A DNA stretch of 64,000 nucleotides. It comes from a virus (Duplodnaviria > Caudoviricetes). The notes beneath the pieces are model-generated. The model was not told the DNA's origin and searched no databases. It saw only the letters and a list, made by a program, of their open reading frames with translations. Positions 18,101 to 27,354 of this stretch are shown in pieces; positions within the stretch are counted from its first letter, which is position 1, and each line of letters starts with the position of its first letter. The DNA lies in the IMG/VR virus record IMGVR_UViG_2654588123_000001, positions 1 through 64,000 of that record. One strand, 5' to 3'. A program made the translations under genes and the position numbers.

Positions 18101-20407
18101 TTTGGTCGTATCACTGATATAAACCGGCAGGACCATGGTCAGGTCATCCACGCTTTCGATGCGTCCGCTGTTCGCCCACTTCGGTACGTCGTGCGACACA
18201 AGGATGACGTCCCCCACCGTACAGGCGATGGCATCGATACCGGCCTCGAACGATACCGTCCGGAGCTGGTAGCGGTTACACATAAGATGATACTTGCCTT
18301 CCCGGTATGCCTGCTTATAGTCTGTTATGCCGTCCATGGTCAACTGGGCAGTCTTGGCATACCCGTCGCTGTCAAACGTGCTTCCGTAGATGGTCAGCAC
18401 ATCCCTTTGGTAATCAGCGTCGGCGTTGGTGAACGTGACCTCCACGCAGTTCGCCCGGTCGGCCACCTTCAGGAACTCCTCACTGAAAGAACCGGCGAGG
18501 ATGTTGCCCATGTTGAACATCTGCACCGGTTGCTGCACATGGTCATAGATACAGCCGTAGCGTGTCCCGAACCGCACCACCATGCCGCGCCCGATCGGCG
18601 CTATCCGCTGGTTGATGACCTCCAGCACCTCACCGCTGGTATTGATTTCAATATTGACCGTCAGATCCTTTTCATTGCACCAGTTCGCCCAGGCAGCAAA
18701 ATCCGAATAGCGGATGCGGTCTGCCGGAGCGCCCCGCACCTCATATTCCCAGTTCCCGGTGTTGATGTTCTTCAGCCGCCTTGCCTGATGCAACAGGTCG
18801 TAAGAGGCCCATGCCGGGTTGTCAGCCCGTTTCTTGACATAACTGCTCCCGTTCCACACATACACATAGGTGCGTTCCTTGAGGAACGACAGTGACGGGC
18901 TCCCGTTCAGCTGGTCGGTCGCCACCGCAGAGATGCCCAGAAGCGCTGTGCAAGGATAGGTAAAATCATCGTAGATAATGGAAGTGATGGCTGTAAGGTA
19001 GCAGGTAGAAGACGCCTGCGTATTCGTTTCCGCATACTGCCGGTAGGAAACCTTTACACGCACTTCATATTCTCCGCTGGGAATATGGTTGACCGTGAAC
19101 TGTTTCCGAAGGGCAGAATTCCGGGCAGCCGTGATAATACCGTTGCCGCTGCCGTTGCTTACGGTCAGAGTCGCCGTCTTATCGTTGCCGTTCTTAACGC
19201 TGCTGACCAGGCTGTCACTCCATTTGTCCGTGTCAACACGGAACGCCCCCACGGTCACTACTTTGGAACCGATATCCTTTTTCCGTATCGTGCCGGAATA
19301 GGAACCTATGCTGATCCTAACGTTATAAAACCAGCTGCGGTACCCGTCCTCATCGTCATCCCACAGGCATTGTATCTTCATAGTATATGAACCGGCGGCC
19401 ACATTCTTCGCCAGCGTCACTCCATAGCTGTTGCTGGCCAGTTCCTTGAACAGGTTAGTCCATGCGCCATAGGTAACATTGTCGTTTGCATCCGTGGTAA
19501 CTTTCCGGTATTCGATGTCCAAGTTCACTGTAGCATTTTCCACTTTACCGCTGTCCGAAATGTGGCATAAGCCGTTCGGGAATTCTATCTCAAACCGCAA
19601 TCCCCTTGTGTCTGTCCCGTTTGCCGTGTCAGTCACCCAGGTATTGTCCAGCTTGTAAGAAACATTCTTGGTAAAATATGTGTTGTTGAAATTGGTGATG
19701 ACGCTCTGGTCATTCGTTCCCTTGCGAAGTTCAAAGTCCGCGTCATCAAAATTCTCGATATCATTATCGTTCAGCTTGATGTCCGTGATGACAAGTTCCC
19801 CTTCCCCACAGGCCACAAGCCAGTTCAGGCATTCATCGTTGTCGTCGATATCGACAAACTTGGCGATGGTCTGTCCGCCGCTTTTCACCTTGCCGTAGGT
19901 CAGGGCAATCGGGTTGTTCTGGCCTTCCATGGTCTGGACGCCAGCCCAGGAATATGTAGCCTTGCTGTTCTCGGATTCATACCCGCCCAGGTCTGTCTTC
20001 TGACCGGAAAGCCTGCCGATAAGGGCAGAACCCAAAAACATGACAGCCGTAGCGGCTGCGTATGCACCCCAGGCACCTGCAGCAAACGCCTTGCCTAATC
20101 CGGCAAGCCAGCCACCGCTGGCGATGCCGAAGGACACCACGGACAGGGCGATGGCTGCCACGATGCCGAGGATGGACTTGCCACCCTTTCCGCCTTTTTC
20201 GATGACCGGATATATCACCACGAAATCTTCATCCTTGATAACTGTGTTTTCATCCACACTGTACCCGTTCACCGTGGCCTGCAGGTCAACGCCCTCTATT
20301 CTGTTTTCTGCCAGCAAATCCGCCAACGTGCCGCCAGCTTCGATATGCCGGATTTCCCTTCCGTCCTGCGGCGAGAAAGGATTTTTAACGAGTACCAGAG
20401 TTACCAT
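15152..20407 (-). CDS. Tail tip/host specificity protein (lambda gpJ-like, with gpI-like N-terminus and FN3 repeats)
   Basis: MVTLVLVKNPF ubiquitin-like N-terminus; PIALTYGK; NPAWASYDLL; FTRRITCIEY; several FN3-like P..VT.F.A.Q repeats. Confidence 0.88.
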   Translation of the reverse strand: MVTLVLVKNPFSPQDGREIRHIEAGGTLADLLAENRIEGVDLQATVNGYSVDENTVIKDEDFVVIYPVIEKGGKGGKSILGIVAAIALSVVSFGIASGGWLAGLGKAFAAGAWGAYAAATAVMFLGSALIGRLSGQKTDLGGYESENSKATYSWAGVQTMEGQNNPIALTYGKVKSGGQTIAKFVDIDDNDECLNWLVACGEGELVITDIKLNDNDIENFDDADFELRKGTNDQSVITNFNNTYFTKNVSYKLDNTWVTDTANGTDTRGLRFEIEFPNGLCHISDSGKVENATVNLDIEYRKVTTDANDNVTYGAWTNLFKELASNSYGVTLAKNVAAGSYTMKIQCLWDDDEDGYRSWFYNVRISIGSYSGTIRKKDIGSKVVTVGAFRVDTDKWSDSLVSSVKNGNDKTATLTVSNGSGNGIITAARNSALRKQFTVNHIPSGEYEVRVKVSYRQYAETNTQASSTCYLTAITSIIYDDFTYPCTALLGISAVATDQLNGSPSLSFLKERTYVYVWNGSSYVKKRADNPAWASYDLLHQARRLKNINTGNWEYEVRGAPADRIRYSDFAAWANWCNEKDLTVNIEINTSGEVLEVINQRIAPIGRGMVVRFGTRYGCIYDHVQQPVQMFNMGNILAGSFSEEFLKVADRANCVEVTFTNADADYQRDVLTIYGSTFDSDGYAKTAQLTMDGITDYKQAYREGKYHLMCNRYQLRTVSFEAGIDAIACTVGDVILVSHDVPKWANSGRIESVDDLTMVLPVYISDTTKSYRIQFRTVKDNLYTIPCTIIETSSNGWTTIGLESDYSESDPPQAGDVFDLAIANIGSKPFVVKSITRAQDFTRRITCIEYAEALFEENYEIPPIQYATKAVGNAKNVTGLSAKQFQYTDENRVRHGMMSVSWKRASGGGRYTVLISTDKKKWTNATETSNTFAEFNVKAKTDYYVKVVTILGVSQSTGVTTGLISCGQDVPPKAVTGLSYKVDPADRTKAEVTWNENTDIDFRNYKVSVAGGKTYTTASNIITIVSNTANPTVTVFAVDNAGNQSAGASCQIPIYPYPSNVTGFAVTQQTTDRSVLEFTWDAVTDSDLSQYELRAGNSWAAGTQFARTKTRKTTYQVASSGTYKFWISAINNADVYSQAPTGLTKVVNLIPDAVTDLTVTQSTKDRSKAVIKFTRSPGKDIDHYSIRYGNTWANGTEIVDIKDNRFEWQVPASGTYNVMVKAVTVAGFESAVTNTSITITIEPMDVTNFRAAQSTVNKTTVLLSWDAVNQTDVAYYIIKQGTSWNTASMVAPRVSGTTFEVMIEEEHQYSWMIKAVTIAGNESQYPAEVSAIFGLEPTPVSVIQLRQNPKDRSQLNIQWNAVPDGDLVGYQVKVGDNWDSAEEIPLTNELYATYTLTETESVHVMIRTLNSAGFYSDETSASLRCTVEPTNCTNFVAYQDGEMVELYWTVSTDIDVTGYEIREGSSFDTGALVATGVTNNFFTVPVDIERLYQYHIVAINKAGFKSSAARTSRVNVENLPPKNVIQTFDELARQSGTHSNTEFGESSINFQTVGGRFSDYTTTKFADLGGSQVLKLKLNTSTGKYPASGTYTLAKINVGSIITAKISVYFVSTVMYAGDVSAVLEFRTSLDNSIWMDWTEFKPVQRRFRYVQFRVKLATKNTNKTPEVNHLLISIDVPDTDIAITASIAAAGTTVPYGHTFYAVPNVTANAIGETVHARVISRTKTECVIKVFNTSNTAVAGTVDIKIKGY

Positions 20408-20810
20408 GTGCATCACCTGTATATTGATAAAACCCGACAATCACCCTGCGCCAGGCCGGGGATGATATCCTGTCTATGCAGACACCTATCCGTTCCCTTG
20501 CGTGGATGAACATCCCCCCGCCGATATAGACAGCCGTATGGTTGACGACCCCGTCCGGGCTGCCGAACCGGATGGCTACCAGGCAGGGCGCTGCCGGTTC
20601 CTTGATTTCTTTCCACGGATAGCCCCGGGTATTTCCTGTTATGAGTTGGTCTATCTTTTCCATATCTTTGTAATCCGCATCGTATTCCGGCACGTCGTAT
20701 CCGTAGCGCCGGTACACTTCCCGGACGACGCCGTAGCAGTCCAGCCCTTGTTTTACATCCCGTCCGTGGTTGGCAAAGGGTGTCCCGATAAGGTCCGTAA
20801 AATCCATCAT
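20385..20810 (-). CDS. NlpC/P60 tail tip assembly protein (gpK-like)
   Basis: LIGTPFANHGRDVKQGLDCYG...HTAVYIGGGMFIHA; ATGA overlap with the upstream gene. Confidence 0.88.
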   Translation of the reverse strand: MMDFTDLIGTPFANHGRDVKQGLDCYGVVREVYRRYGYDVPEYDADYKDMEKIDQLITGNTRGYPWKEIKEPAAPCLVAIRFGSPDGVVNHTAVYIGGGMFIHARERIGVCIDRISSPAWRRVIVGFYQYTGDAHGNSGTR

Positions 20811-21406
20811 GCATATACCCCTTTCTGGTCGATGCCCGGAAAACCTCCGAAGCGTGTACTGTTGCCATGCGACCGGCAATCCGCCAGCGTATGCTTGCAG
20901 GAACTCTTGCTGCCGTTATACCCACACCGGATTCCCTTGTAGGCGAACGGACAGTTGTTCTTCATATACCGGTCCAATGGACGACGGGTGCGTGCGGAAT
21001 AATCGTTGCCCAGCGTGAACTCGATCCACTGCTCGTTGACCTTGCAGGACAGCACCGTATAGTACTCCTCCAAGTCAGCGTTGCCGTTCAGGTTCTTGGA
21101 ATTGACCACGCGGAGTATCACGAGCGTACCGACACCGCCGCCGCTGGCCTCCACATACCACTGCAGCCCCTGGGCCACGTTGTCGATCTTGAGGGTGACG
21201 TTCGGGTCGGATCCGTCACTGTCTTCGGATGTTTCCCCGATGTTGAACGGAAATGCCTGGTACAGCTGACCCTTCCAGGTCACGTCCTCGTTGTTGTAGC
21301 AGATATACACAGTGTTCTGCAGCCGGATCTCCAACAGGATAAGGAAACAACTGTCAGTCGACAGTTTATTTTTTTCTGCCTTTGAAATCGCAGAGATGGA
21401 AAGCAT
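20807..21406 (-). CDS. Minor tail protein (gpL-like/DUF1833)
   Basis: YQAFPF motif and C-terminal 4-Cys cluster CPFAYKGIRCGY...CKHTLADC...RFGGFPGI. Confidence 0.85.
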   Translation of the reverse strand: MLSISAISKAEKNKLSTDSCFLILLEIRLQNTVYICYNNEDVTWKGQLYQAFPFNIGETSEDSDGSDPNVTLKIDNVAQGLQWYVEASGGGVGTLVILRVVNSKNLNGNADLEEYYTVLSCKVNEQWIEFTLGNDYSARTRRPLDRYMKNNCPFAYKGIRCGYNGSKSSCKHTLADCRSHGNSTRFGGFPGIDQKGVYA

Positions 21407-21409
21407 GTC

Positions 21410-21775
21410 TCACACCTCCGTCAGTTCAATCGACCCGGACCAGTAGTGCAGCGCCTCGTTCGTCCACTTGCCCACGTTCGTGATACGCACCTCCACCACT
21501 TCCGCGCCGCCCTGGTCATCCACGGAATCCGTGTTCGTCCAATTAAAAGACCGTGCCGAGAACGACACGGTCTGTGATATAAAATTCATCAGGGTTATAT
21601 ACTGTTCCCTGGGAATATGGTGCCATTTCAGCGTCCACTTCCGCCGGCTCTTCGTGAATTTCCGTCTGGACTGCTGGGAACCGTCCTCGAACTTGCTGAT
21701 GATGGAATTGTTCTCATATTCGCATTCAAACGGCCAGGCCGGTGGGTCTATGGATGCCGGAAAATTAACTGCCAT
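21410..21775 (-). CDS. Distal tail protein (gpM-like)
   Basis: Position after the tape measure gene; ISKFEDGSQQSRRKFT...SFNWT pattern. Confidence 0.7.
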   Translation of the reverse strand: MAVNFPASIDPPAWPFECEYENNSIISKFEDGSQQSRRKFTKSRRKWTLKWHHIPREQYITLMNFISQTVSFSARSFNWTNTDSVDDQGGAEVVEVRITNVGKWTNEALHYWSGSIELTEV

Positions 21776-24687
21776 CAGCTCATCGCCCCTTTCATCGTCG
21801 TCCGGATGCCCATCTTGTTCGTTGCAAAGGCATTCATCACGACGCTTACAATGTAATTCTCTCCGTCAAAATTGGTCTCGGTCTGCTGTGCATCCATCTG
21901 CATCCCGCTCTCGTTGTAAAGATTGACGATGACATTCGGGATACCACCCACAGCAGTCCCTCCGGCAGTTCCCGGGGAAACATATCCCCCCTGGGCAAAG
22001 CGTGATACCGCGCCGGTATTGATTGCGTTCAGCGTGGGAACACCGATTCTCCGTACCGCGTCCGCATTGATGACAAACTCCCCGTTGGAGAGCATTGCCG
22101 GAATGCTATCGCTTGTCGCTGTGCCGGGGCCGGTGATGAAACCGCCCTCTGCTTTTCCGGGTACCCTTGGGAACATCACGTTATGTCCCCCTATCGGGGT
22201 ATTGACCATATTCCCGCCGCCCATCGGGAGTATCCAGCTAAGGAACTGGTTCACCACCTGCGCCGCCATGGTCTCCGCGATGCTCTTCACGATGGAATCC
22301 AGGAGGCCGTTCAACAGGTCCATGAACGCATCACCGAAGGATTTCTGGCCTGTCAGCACGTTCTTAAAGAAACTCTCGAAACTGCTTTGCGTATCCAGCA
22401 CGATATCCGCCATGAGTTCCTTCGTGGTTTTGTGGGTCTGCAGCCAGTTGTCATAATACCGTTTCATGATGCCCTGCCGGGTGTTGTATGCGTTCAGCAC
22501 TGCCGTGTTCTCTTCCGACAATGACTCCTGCAACCTTTCCATGGAATTGGCCTTGAACGCATCATCGATCTCCGCCAGGATGTCCTTGCACTGCGCATGG
22601 TACTGTACGATTTCATCTTCATACTGTTTCTCTGCCGCCGCAATATCCATGGCAGTCTGCTTCGCCAAAGAGAGTCTGCCGTCTGCGGTGATCTCATAGG
22701 CAGCACCGGTCTCCTCCAGGTTCTTGATGAACCGGGCGCGTTCCTCATCGGACATCCCGATGTATTCCGTCTCGAACTGGAACCACCGTTTCCGTATCTC
22801 CTCGACCGCTTTCTCATGTTCTTTCTGCATCCCGTACACAGCCTTTTCCGCAGAAGTCATGTAGGCCGTCTGCAGGGAGTTGCTTTCCCTCACGGCCTCG
22901 TTTATCGTCTTCCGCATGGAGAACTCGTGTTCCAGGCTGTTCTGCAGTTTCTGCCTGCGTTTCAGTTCCTCTTTCTCCGAATCTTCTGCTTTTCCGGACG
23001 ACCCCTTGCTTCCACCACCGCCTCCGCCACCGCCGGTATTGGCAAACATGTCCTTGAATTTGTCGGTATCTGTTTTATTTGATTCCGGTTTCGGGGTCGC
23101 CGGGTGTTTCCGTTCATAGGCGGCCTGCAGCATGGATATCTCGTCATCTTCCAGCACCTGCGTTTCCGTATAGGTATCGAAGGCGTCCTCGGCATCCATG
23201 TTGATGTCCCGCCGGTAAAACTTCCCGTCGTCGGCACGGCGGTACTGCTGGCCGTCGATGGAATAGATGTCACCGCCCGTGAGCCCCTGTTCCTGTGCCT
23301 GCTGCTGCTTGAACGCCACCAGCTTCTCAAAGGCGAACGCGATGGCAGCCGCCACGGCATACCATCCTCCTACCAGGGCCCACACGCTTTTGGTCAGTGA
23401 ACCGACCGCCCCTTTGGCTGCAGCCGATGCCGTCACCATCTGTACCCCGGCAGCCTTTGCCGCCGCCCCGGTCGTGGCGATGGCCTGCACCTGTCCTGCC
23501 GCCGACATCTTTGCCTCGGCGTTCATCTTCCGGTACGCGGCCCGCATCTCCGCCTCGATCCTCGCAGAGGTCTCCGCGTACTTCATCTGGATTCGCATAC
23601 AGGACTCGGTGATGGCTTTTTCCTTCTCCGCTTCCGTGATCTTACGGGCAGCCACTTCCTTGGCCATCAGCTGCTCTTCCTTTTTCTGTGCAGCCTTTAA
23701 CATATTAAGCCGCCGGGTGATGGCAGCCTCCTGTGCCCTGGAGAGTGCCTCTACCTCTGCCGCAGCGGTCGCCGCCAAACCGGTCAGTCCTCCGGCTTTT
23801 GCTATGGCCTGAAGCACCTTGTAGGTCACGGCAAGCTGTGCAAGGCTCGTCCCAAGGGAAACGATTTCTTCCCTGTTCCCGGCGATAAGGCCGGCGGTAT
23901 CCGCCAGCCCCTGTGTGATGGCCGGAAGATACTCCCCAACGATCGGGGCAAGAAGTGCACCGCCTGCCATGGTCAGTTGTTCCAACTGTGCTTCGGTCAG
24001 CTTCAACTGCCGGTTGATGTCCGACATCTGCTCCGGGTCAAGCCCGATACCCTTTATCTTCGCTGCATCCTCCGCCGCCTCGTTGTATTTCATCAGGGTC
24101 TCTGTCAGCGCCATGCCACGGACACCCAGGGTGTTCATGATGAACTCCTGCCCGTACCCGGCTTCCGATGCCGCCTGGTATCCCTGTGCCAGGTTCTTCA
24201 GCTGTTCGTTCAGGGGAAGGAGTTTTCCGTTCTGGTCGGTCAGCGACACCCCGAGGGAATCCAGAATGGCACGGGTCTTCTCTGCCTTCTCCCCGCTCCC
24301 GGTGATGGTGCTGTCCAGACGCATCATGGCGCCGGAAGCCGTGTCCACATCCCCTCCGGCCAGCTTCACCGTCCGGGAGAACATCTCTGCCTCGGCTGTA
24401 GATATCCGCAATTTCTCCGACAGGTCTTTTATACTGTCACCAGCAGAAACCGCACTTGAGATAAGGGCGGTCAGGCCGAAACCACCCCCGGCCAGCACCG
24501 CCGCCGTATTGAATTTTGTGATAAGAGAACTGACCTTGGAGGCCGTACCGGTAAGCGCCTCTTCAAACCCGGATACCGGGTCCCTGGAAAAGGTACGGTC
24601 GATATCCCTTTTCGCGGTTTTCAGTTCCTTGCGGAGACCGGAGCTGTCCGCCCCGATCTTCACCATCAATGCGGTCAATACTGACAT
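21775..24687 (-). CDS. Tape measure protein (970 aa)
   Basis: MVKIGADSSGL N-terminus, Ala-rich helical repeats, C-terminal AEGGFITGPGTATSDSIPAMLSNGEFV motif. Confidence 0.92.
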   Translation of the reverse strand: MSVLTALMVKIGADSSGLRKELKTAKRDIDRTFSRDPVSGFEEALTGTASKVSSLITKFNTAAVLAGGGFGLTALISSAVSAGDSIKDLSEKLRISTAEAEMFSRTVKLAGGDVDTASGAMMRLDSTITGSGEKAEKTRAILDSLGVSLTDQNGKLLPLNEQLKNLAQGYQAASEAGYGQEFIMNTLGVRGMALTETLMKYNEAAEDAAKIKGIGLDPEQMSDINRQLKLTEAQLEQLTMAGGALLAPIVGEYLPAITQGLADTAGLIAGNREEIVSLGTSLAQLAVTYKVLQAIAKAGGLTGLAATAAAEVEALSRAQEAAITRRLNMLKAAQKKEEQLMAKEVAARKITEAEKEKAITESCMRIQMKYAETSARIEAEMRAAYRKMNAEAKMSAAGQVQAIATTGAAAKAAGVQMVTASAAAKGAVGSLTKSVWALVGGWYAVAAAIAFAFEKLVAFKQQQAQEQGLTGGDIYSIDGQQYRRADDGKFYRRDINMDAEDAFDTYTETQVLEDDEISMLQAAYERKHPATPKPESNKTDTDKFKDMFANTGGGGGGGGSKGSSGKAEDSEKEELKRRQKLQNSLEHEFSMRKTINEAVRESNSLQTAYMTSAEKAVYGMQKEHEKAVEEIRKRWFQFETEYIGMSDEERARFIKNLEETGAAYEITADGRLSLAKQTAMDIAAAEKQYEDEIVQYHAQCKDILAEIDDAFKANSMERLQESLSEENTAVLNAYNTRQGIMKRYYDNWLQTHKTTKELMADIVLDTQSSFESFFKNVLTGQKSFGDAFMDLLNGLLDSIVKSIAETMAAQVVNQFLSWILPMGGGNMVNTPIGGHNVMFPRVPGKAEGGFITGPGTATSDSIPAMLSNGEFVINADAVRRIGVPTLNAINTGAVSRFAQGGYVSPGTAGGTAVGGIPNVIVNLYNESGMQMDAQQTETNFDGENYIVSVVMNAFATNKMGIRTTMKGAMS

Positions 24688-24688
24688 G

Positions 24689-25045
24689 TCATTCTCTCCT
24701 TAATGCCCAGGCGAATTCCTGTTCCAACACCGCCCGGTCATGTTCCTTTTCCTGCCGGGCCTTCTCCTCTTTCTTTGCTTTCAGTTCTTCTTCCGTCATC
24801 CACAACGGGTCCACGATATCTTCCAGCGTAAGTTTTGAATCCCTTTTCAGATACGGGGCAATCACAAACGACAAAAAATATGCAGTCCGGTAATCCTCCT
24901 CACGCCGCTGCCGGTTCACGGCTTCCAGCATGAGCAGGAATTCCCCGGGCTGCATCTCCTCGAACTCACGCGGTTTCAGTCCGATGGCGTAAGCCACCGG
25001 CTCTGCCATCCGCGCCCATTCCGCAAAACTCGTCAGGCCTTTTCC
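24689..25045 (-). CDS. Tail assembly chaperone, frameshifted C-terminal part (gpT-like)
   Basis: The -1 frame is open from GGAAAAG (25045-25039) through GLTSFAEWARMAEPVAYAIGLKP to the stop at 24689. Confidence 0.7.
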   Translation of the reverse strand, partial: GKGLTSFAEWARMAEPVAYAIGLKPREFEEMQPGEFLLMLEAVNRQRREEDYRTAYFLSFVIAPYLKRDSKLTLEDIVDPLWMTEEELKAKKEEKARQEKEHDRAVLEQEFAWALRRE

Positions 25046-25398
25046 AGTACCTTCCGGATCTCTTCCCTTTTTGCCGCCGGCCCCTCCGTAAAAAGGTTGG
25101 TCGCATCGATCGCCGCCAGGATATGCGCGTTCAGCGTGTCCAGCGTCCCGCCGCTGTCGCAGTACCTCTCGATGAACCCGTAGGGGTCCTTGTCCTCCGG
25201 CTGCTTATCCTGCAGGCCGTACTTCACGCCAAGCTGTGTAAAGTGGATGGTCATCAGCCGGAGCCCCAGCGCCACGTTCGGTGTGAAAAGAAGGTTCAGC
25301 GAGAACCCCAGTTCCTGTTCCATCTCCTTCAGGCTGCGGATGTTGAACAGGAACTCACACTCACGGGCGCCGTTGTTGAACTTGATTGATTCCTTCAT
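25033..25398 (-). CDS. Tail assembly chaperone (gpG-like)
   Basis: Lies between the major tail and tape measure genes; ends in a slippery GGAAAAG just before its TGA. Confidence 0.78.
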   Translation of the reverse strand: MKESIKFNNGARECEFLFNIRSLKEMEQELGFSLNLLFTPNVALGLRLMTIHFTQLGVKYGLQDKQPEDKDPYGFIERYCDSGGTLDTLNAHILAAIDATNLFTEGPAAKREEIRKVLEKA

Positions 25399-25401
25399 GT
25401 G

Positions 25402-25884
25402 TTAGTTGCCTCCTGCCGCCGTGATCTCGGAAATCTCACCGACGCCCTCCATGGTCGCCTTAATGGTGGCGATGCCGTCATGGGGATTGTCGCGGGTGAA
25501 CTCCGTGATATATGCCCAGCCAATCTGGTACGAGGCATCCGGATACACGAACTTGGCGTGTACCTGCTTTCCTTCACGGAAACAGTGTTCCATAACCTGC
25601 GCCCCTTCGTCACTCATGATCTGCAGGCCGTCAAAGCTGGACTTCCAGCTCTTGAGTCCCGGCTTGTTGGCTGTCCATCCGCCGGAGCCCTTATGGGATG
25701 CGTCCAGGGAATTGGCGCTCATCTCGATGGTAGAGTTCCGCTGGCCGCCCACCAGGGCGAACGCCTCTGTCGTTCCCGAGCCGCTCTTTCCGATATACAA
25801 CAACACATCCTTGCCGGCTTCTGCGATATTGGTATCGGGATTCTCCGGCAGGTTCTGTAACTCTTGTGCCGTTAATCTGCTCAT
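25402..25884 (-). CDS. Major tail tube protein (TP901-1-like)
   Basis: AGKDVLLYI...GGQRNSTIEMSANSLDASHKGSGGW...GLKSWKSSFDGL motif. Confidence 0.88.
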   Translation of the reverse strand: MSRLTAQELQNLPENPDTNIAEAGKDVLLYIGKSGSGTTEAFALVGGQRNSTIEMSANSLDASHKGSGGWTANKPGLKSWKSSFDGLQIMSDEGAQVMEHCFREGKQVHAKFVYPDASYQIGWAYITEFTRDNPHDGIATIKATMEGVGEISEITAAGGN

Positions 25885-26294
25885 TGCTGCACCTTACCTT
25901 TCTGTAATGTAAAAATGACAGTCACCGTCCCGTGGTAGCCCGTCACGGATTCCGGCCAGGTCTCCACGGATTCCAGTTCCGTCCCGATTATGTGGTATCC
26001 CCCGATTTCCAAATCTGCCCCGTAGTAAGAAAACAGGACGCAGATGTCGTTCAGGATATCGTTCATCTCCTGTTTCTGGTTCCCGTCCGCCCAGACTTCA
26101 ATCCCGGCGGTCGCCTGCCAGATGACTGCAGTCTTGTTTCCCACCGGCCGGAAGGTCATCGCGCCAAGGGTGATATACGGAAGTGCCGCCCTTTCCGGCA
26201 CATCCCCATAAACATCACAGGTCTGGCCGTCTTTCAGCAGGGCGAACAGGGCTGTCCGCAGGGCGACCTGCGGTATGTCTTTTATCCGTATCAT
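25881..26294 (-). CDS. Tail completion/terminator protein (DUF3168-like)
   Basis: VYGDVPERAALPYITLG motif; synteny; ATGA overlap. Confidence 0.78.
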   Translation of the reverse strand: MIRIKDIPQVALRTALFALLKDGQTCDVYGDVPERAALPYITLGAMTFRPVGNKTAVIWQATAGIEVWADGNQKQEMNDILNDICVLFSYYGADLEIGGYHIIGTELESVETWPESVTGYHGTVTVIFTLQKGKVQQ

Positions 26295-26743
26295 TTCAAT
26301 GCATCCTCCATGTTCCTTACGATGTTCGGCCATTCATTGTCCGCCGCTTTCTTTAAAAACGGCTTCGGTTTCATCTTCCCTGACTTCAGGACGCCACGGT
26401 AATACCGTACCTTCCCTTTCCAGGTGAACTTCAGCACCTTCCCTTTCCGGGAGTAGGTCAGCCTGTTGTCCGTGCCATATTCCACCAGGGCGGAATGGGG
26501 AGCCGTGGAGGTGACAAGACCTTCCCGGCCATCCCCCACCACCGAACTTTTGATGCCCTTACGCAGTTTCCCCGTAGGACCTTTCGGGGCGGCCTGCACC
26601 GCCCTGTCCCTGACGGCTTTTGTTCCATCGGCGATGACCTTGCGGATCTTCTTCTGCTTTTCGGCATCATATTTATCGATGTCACGGATGGCAGTGGAGA
26701 TGACCGAACCCATGTTGACCTTGATCGTGAACATCCCGCTCAT
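26291..26743 (-). CDS. HK97-gp10-family tail component
   Basis: APKGPTGKLRKGI...HSALVEYGT...MKPKPFLKKA. Confidence 0.88.
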   Translation of the reverse strand: MSGMFTIKVNMGSVISTAIRDIDKYDAEKQKKIRKVIADGTKAVRDRAVQAAPKGPTGKLRKGIKSSVVGDGREGLVTSTAPHSALVEYGTDNRLTYSRKGKVLKFTWKGKVRYYRGVLKSGKMKPKPFLKKAADNEWPNIVRNMEDALK

Positions 26744-27054
26744 GGCCTGACCTCCTGTGTGGTAAGCACATAGACGGAAGGGTTCCCACGATCTACATCG
26801 ATGACCTCATAGGTATGGTCTCCATCCTGAACCCTCCAGCCTTTTTCAACCGCACGGGGACGGATGCGGATGCCCTGGGTGACCAGCACCGCCGCCCCGT
26901 CGTCCGCCACCACCCCGGTGGAGACACGTTGCTGCAGGAACTCCGCCCATACCTTTCCGTCATCCGTGAAGGTAACCGGCGCGCCCAGCCCGATATCCGT
27001 GCCGAGGGTCTTTTTCAGCACCGTGACCCGGTGCCGGAATTTGGAAATGTCCAT
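26740..27054 (-). CDS. Head-tail adaptor/head closure protein (SPP1 gp16-like)
   Basis: ISKFRHRVTV...KVWAE...YEVIDV pattern; synteny. Confidence 0.8.
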   Translation of the reverse strand: MDISKFRHRVTVLKKTLGTDIGLGAPVTFTDDGKVWAEFLQQRVSTGVVADDGAAVLVTQGIRIRPRAVEKGWRVQDGDHTYEVIDVDRGNPSVYVLTTQEVRP

Positions 27055-27057
27055 ATC

Positions 27058-27354
27058 TTAAAACCCCTCCTTCCGCACTCCGAACAACAGGGAGCGGAGG
27101 GTCAGGGTCAGGGCGTGATGGTCCGCTTCCTCCCGGTGTTCGTACAGATAAGCTGTCGCATACAGAACTGCGGTCTTCGCCGTATCCCCAAGAGACGCAA
27201 AATCTTCTGCATCTTCTATCCGGGCCACATCCATGCACAGTTTTTCTGCCGACTGGGACAGGCCTGTAATCAGGCCGTCCTCCTCGTCAGTATCTACCCG
27301 CAGGTAGTTCTTCGCTTCTTCCAGTTCCAGAAGCATGACCATCACCCTTTCCAT
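27058..27354 (-). CDS. Head-tail connector (gp6-like)
   Basis: LEEAKNYLRVDTDEEDGLI...AVLYATAYLYEHRE. Confidence 0.9.
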   Translation of the reverse strand: MERVMVMLLELEEAKNYLRVDTDEEDGLITGLSQSAEKLCMDVARIEDAEDFASLGDTAKTAVLYATAYLYEHREEADHHALTLTLRSLLFGVRKEGF

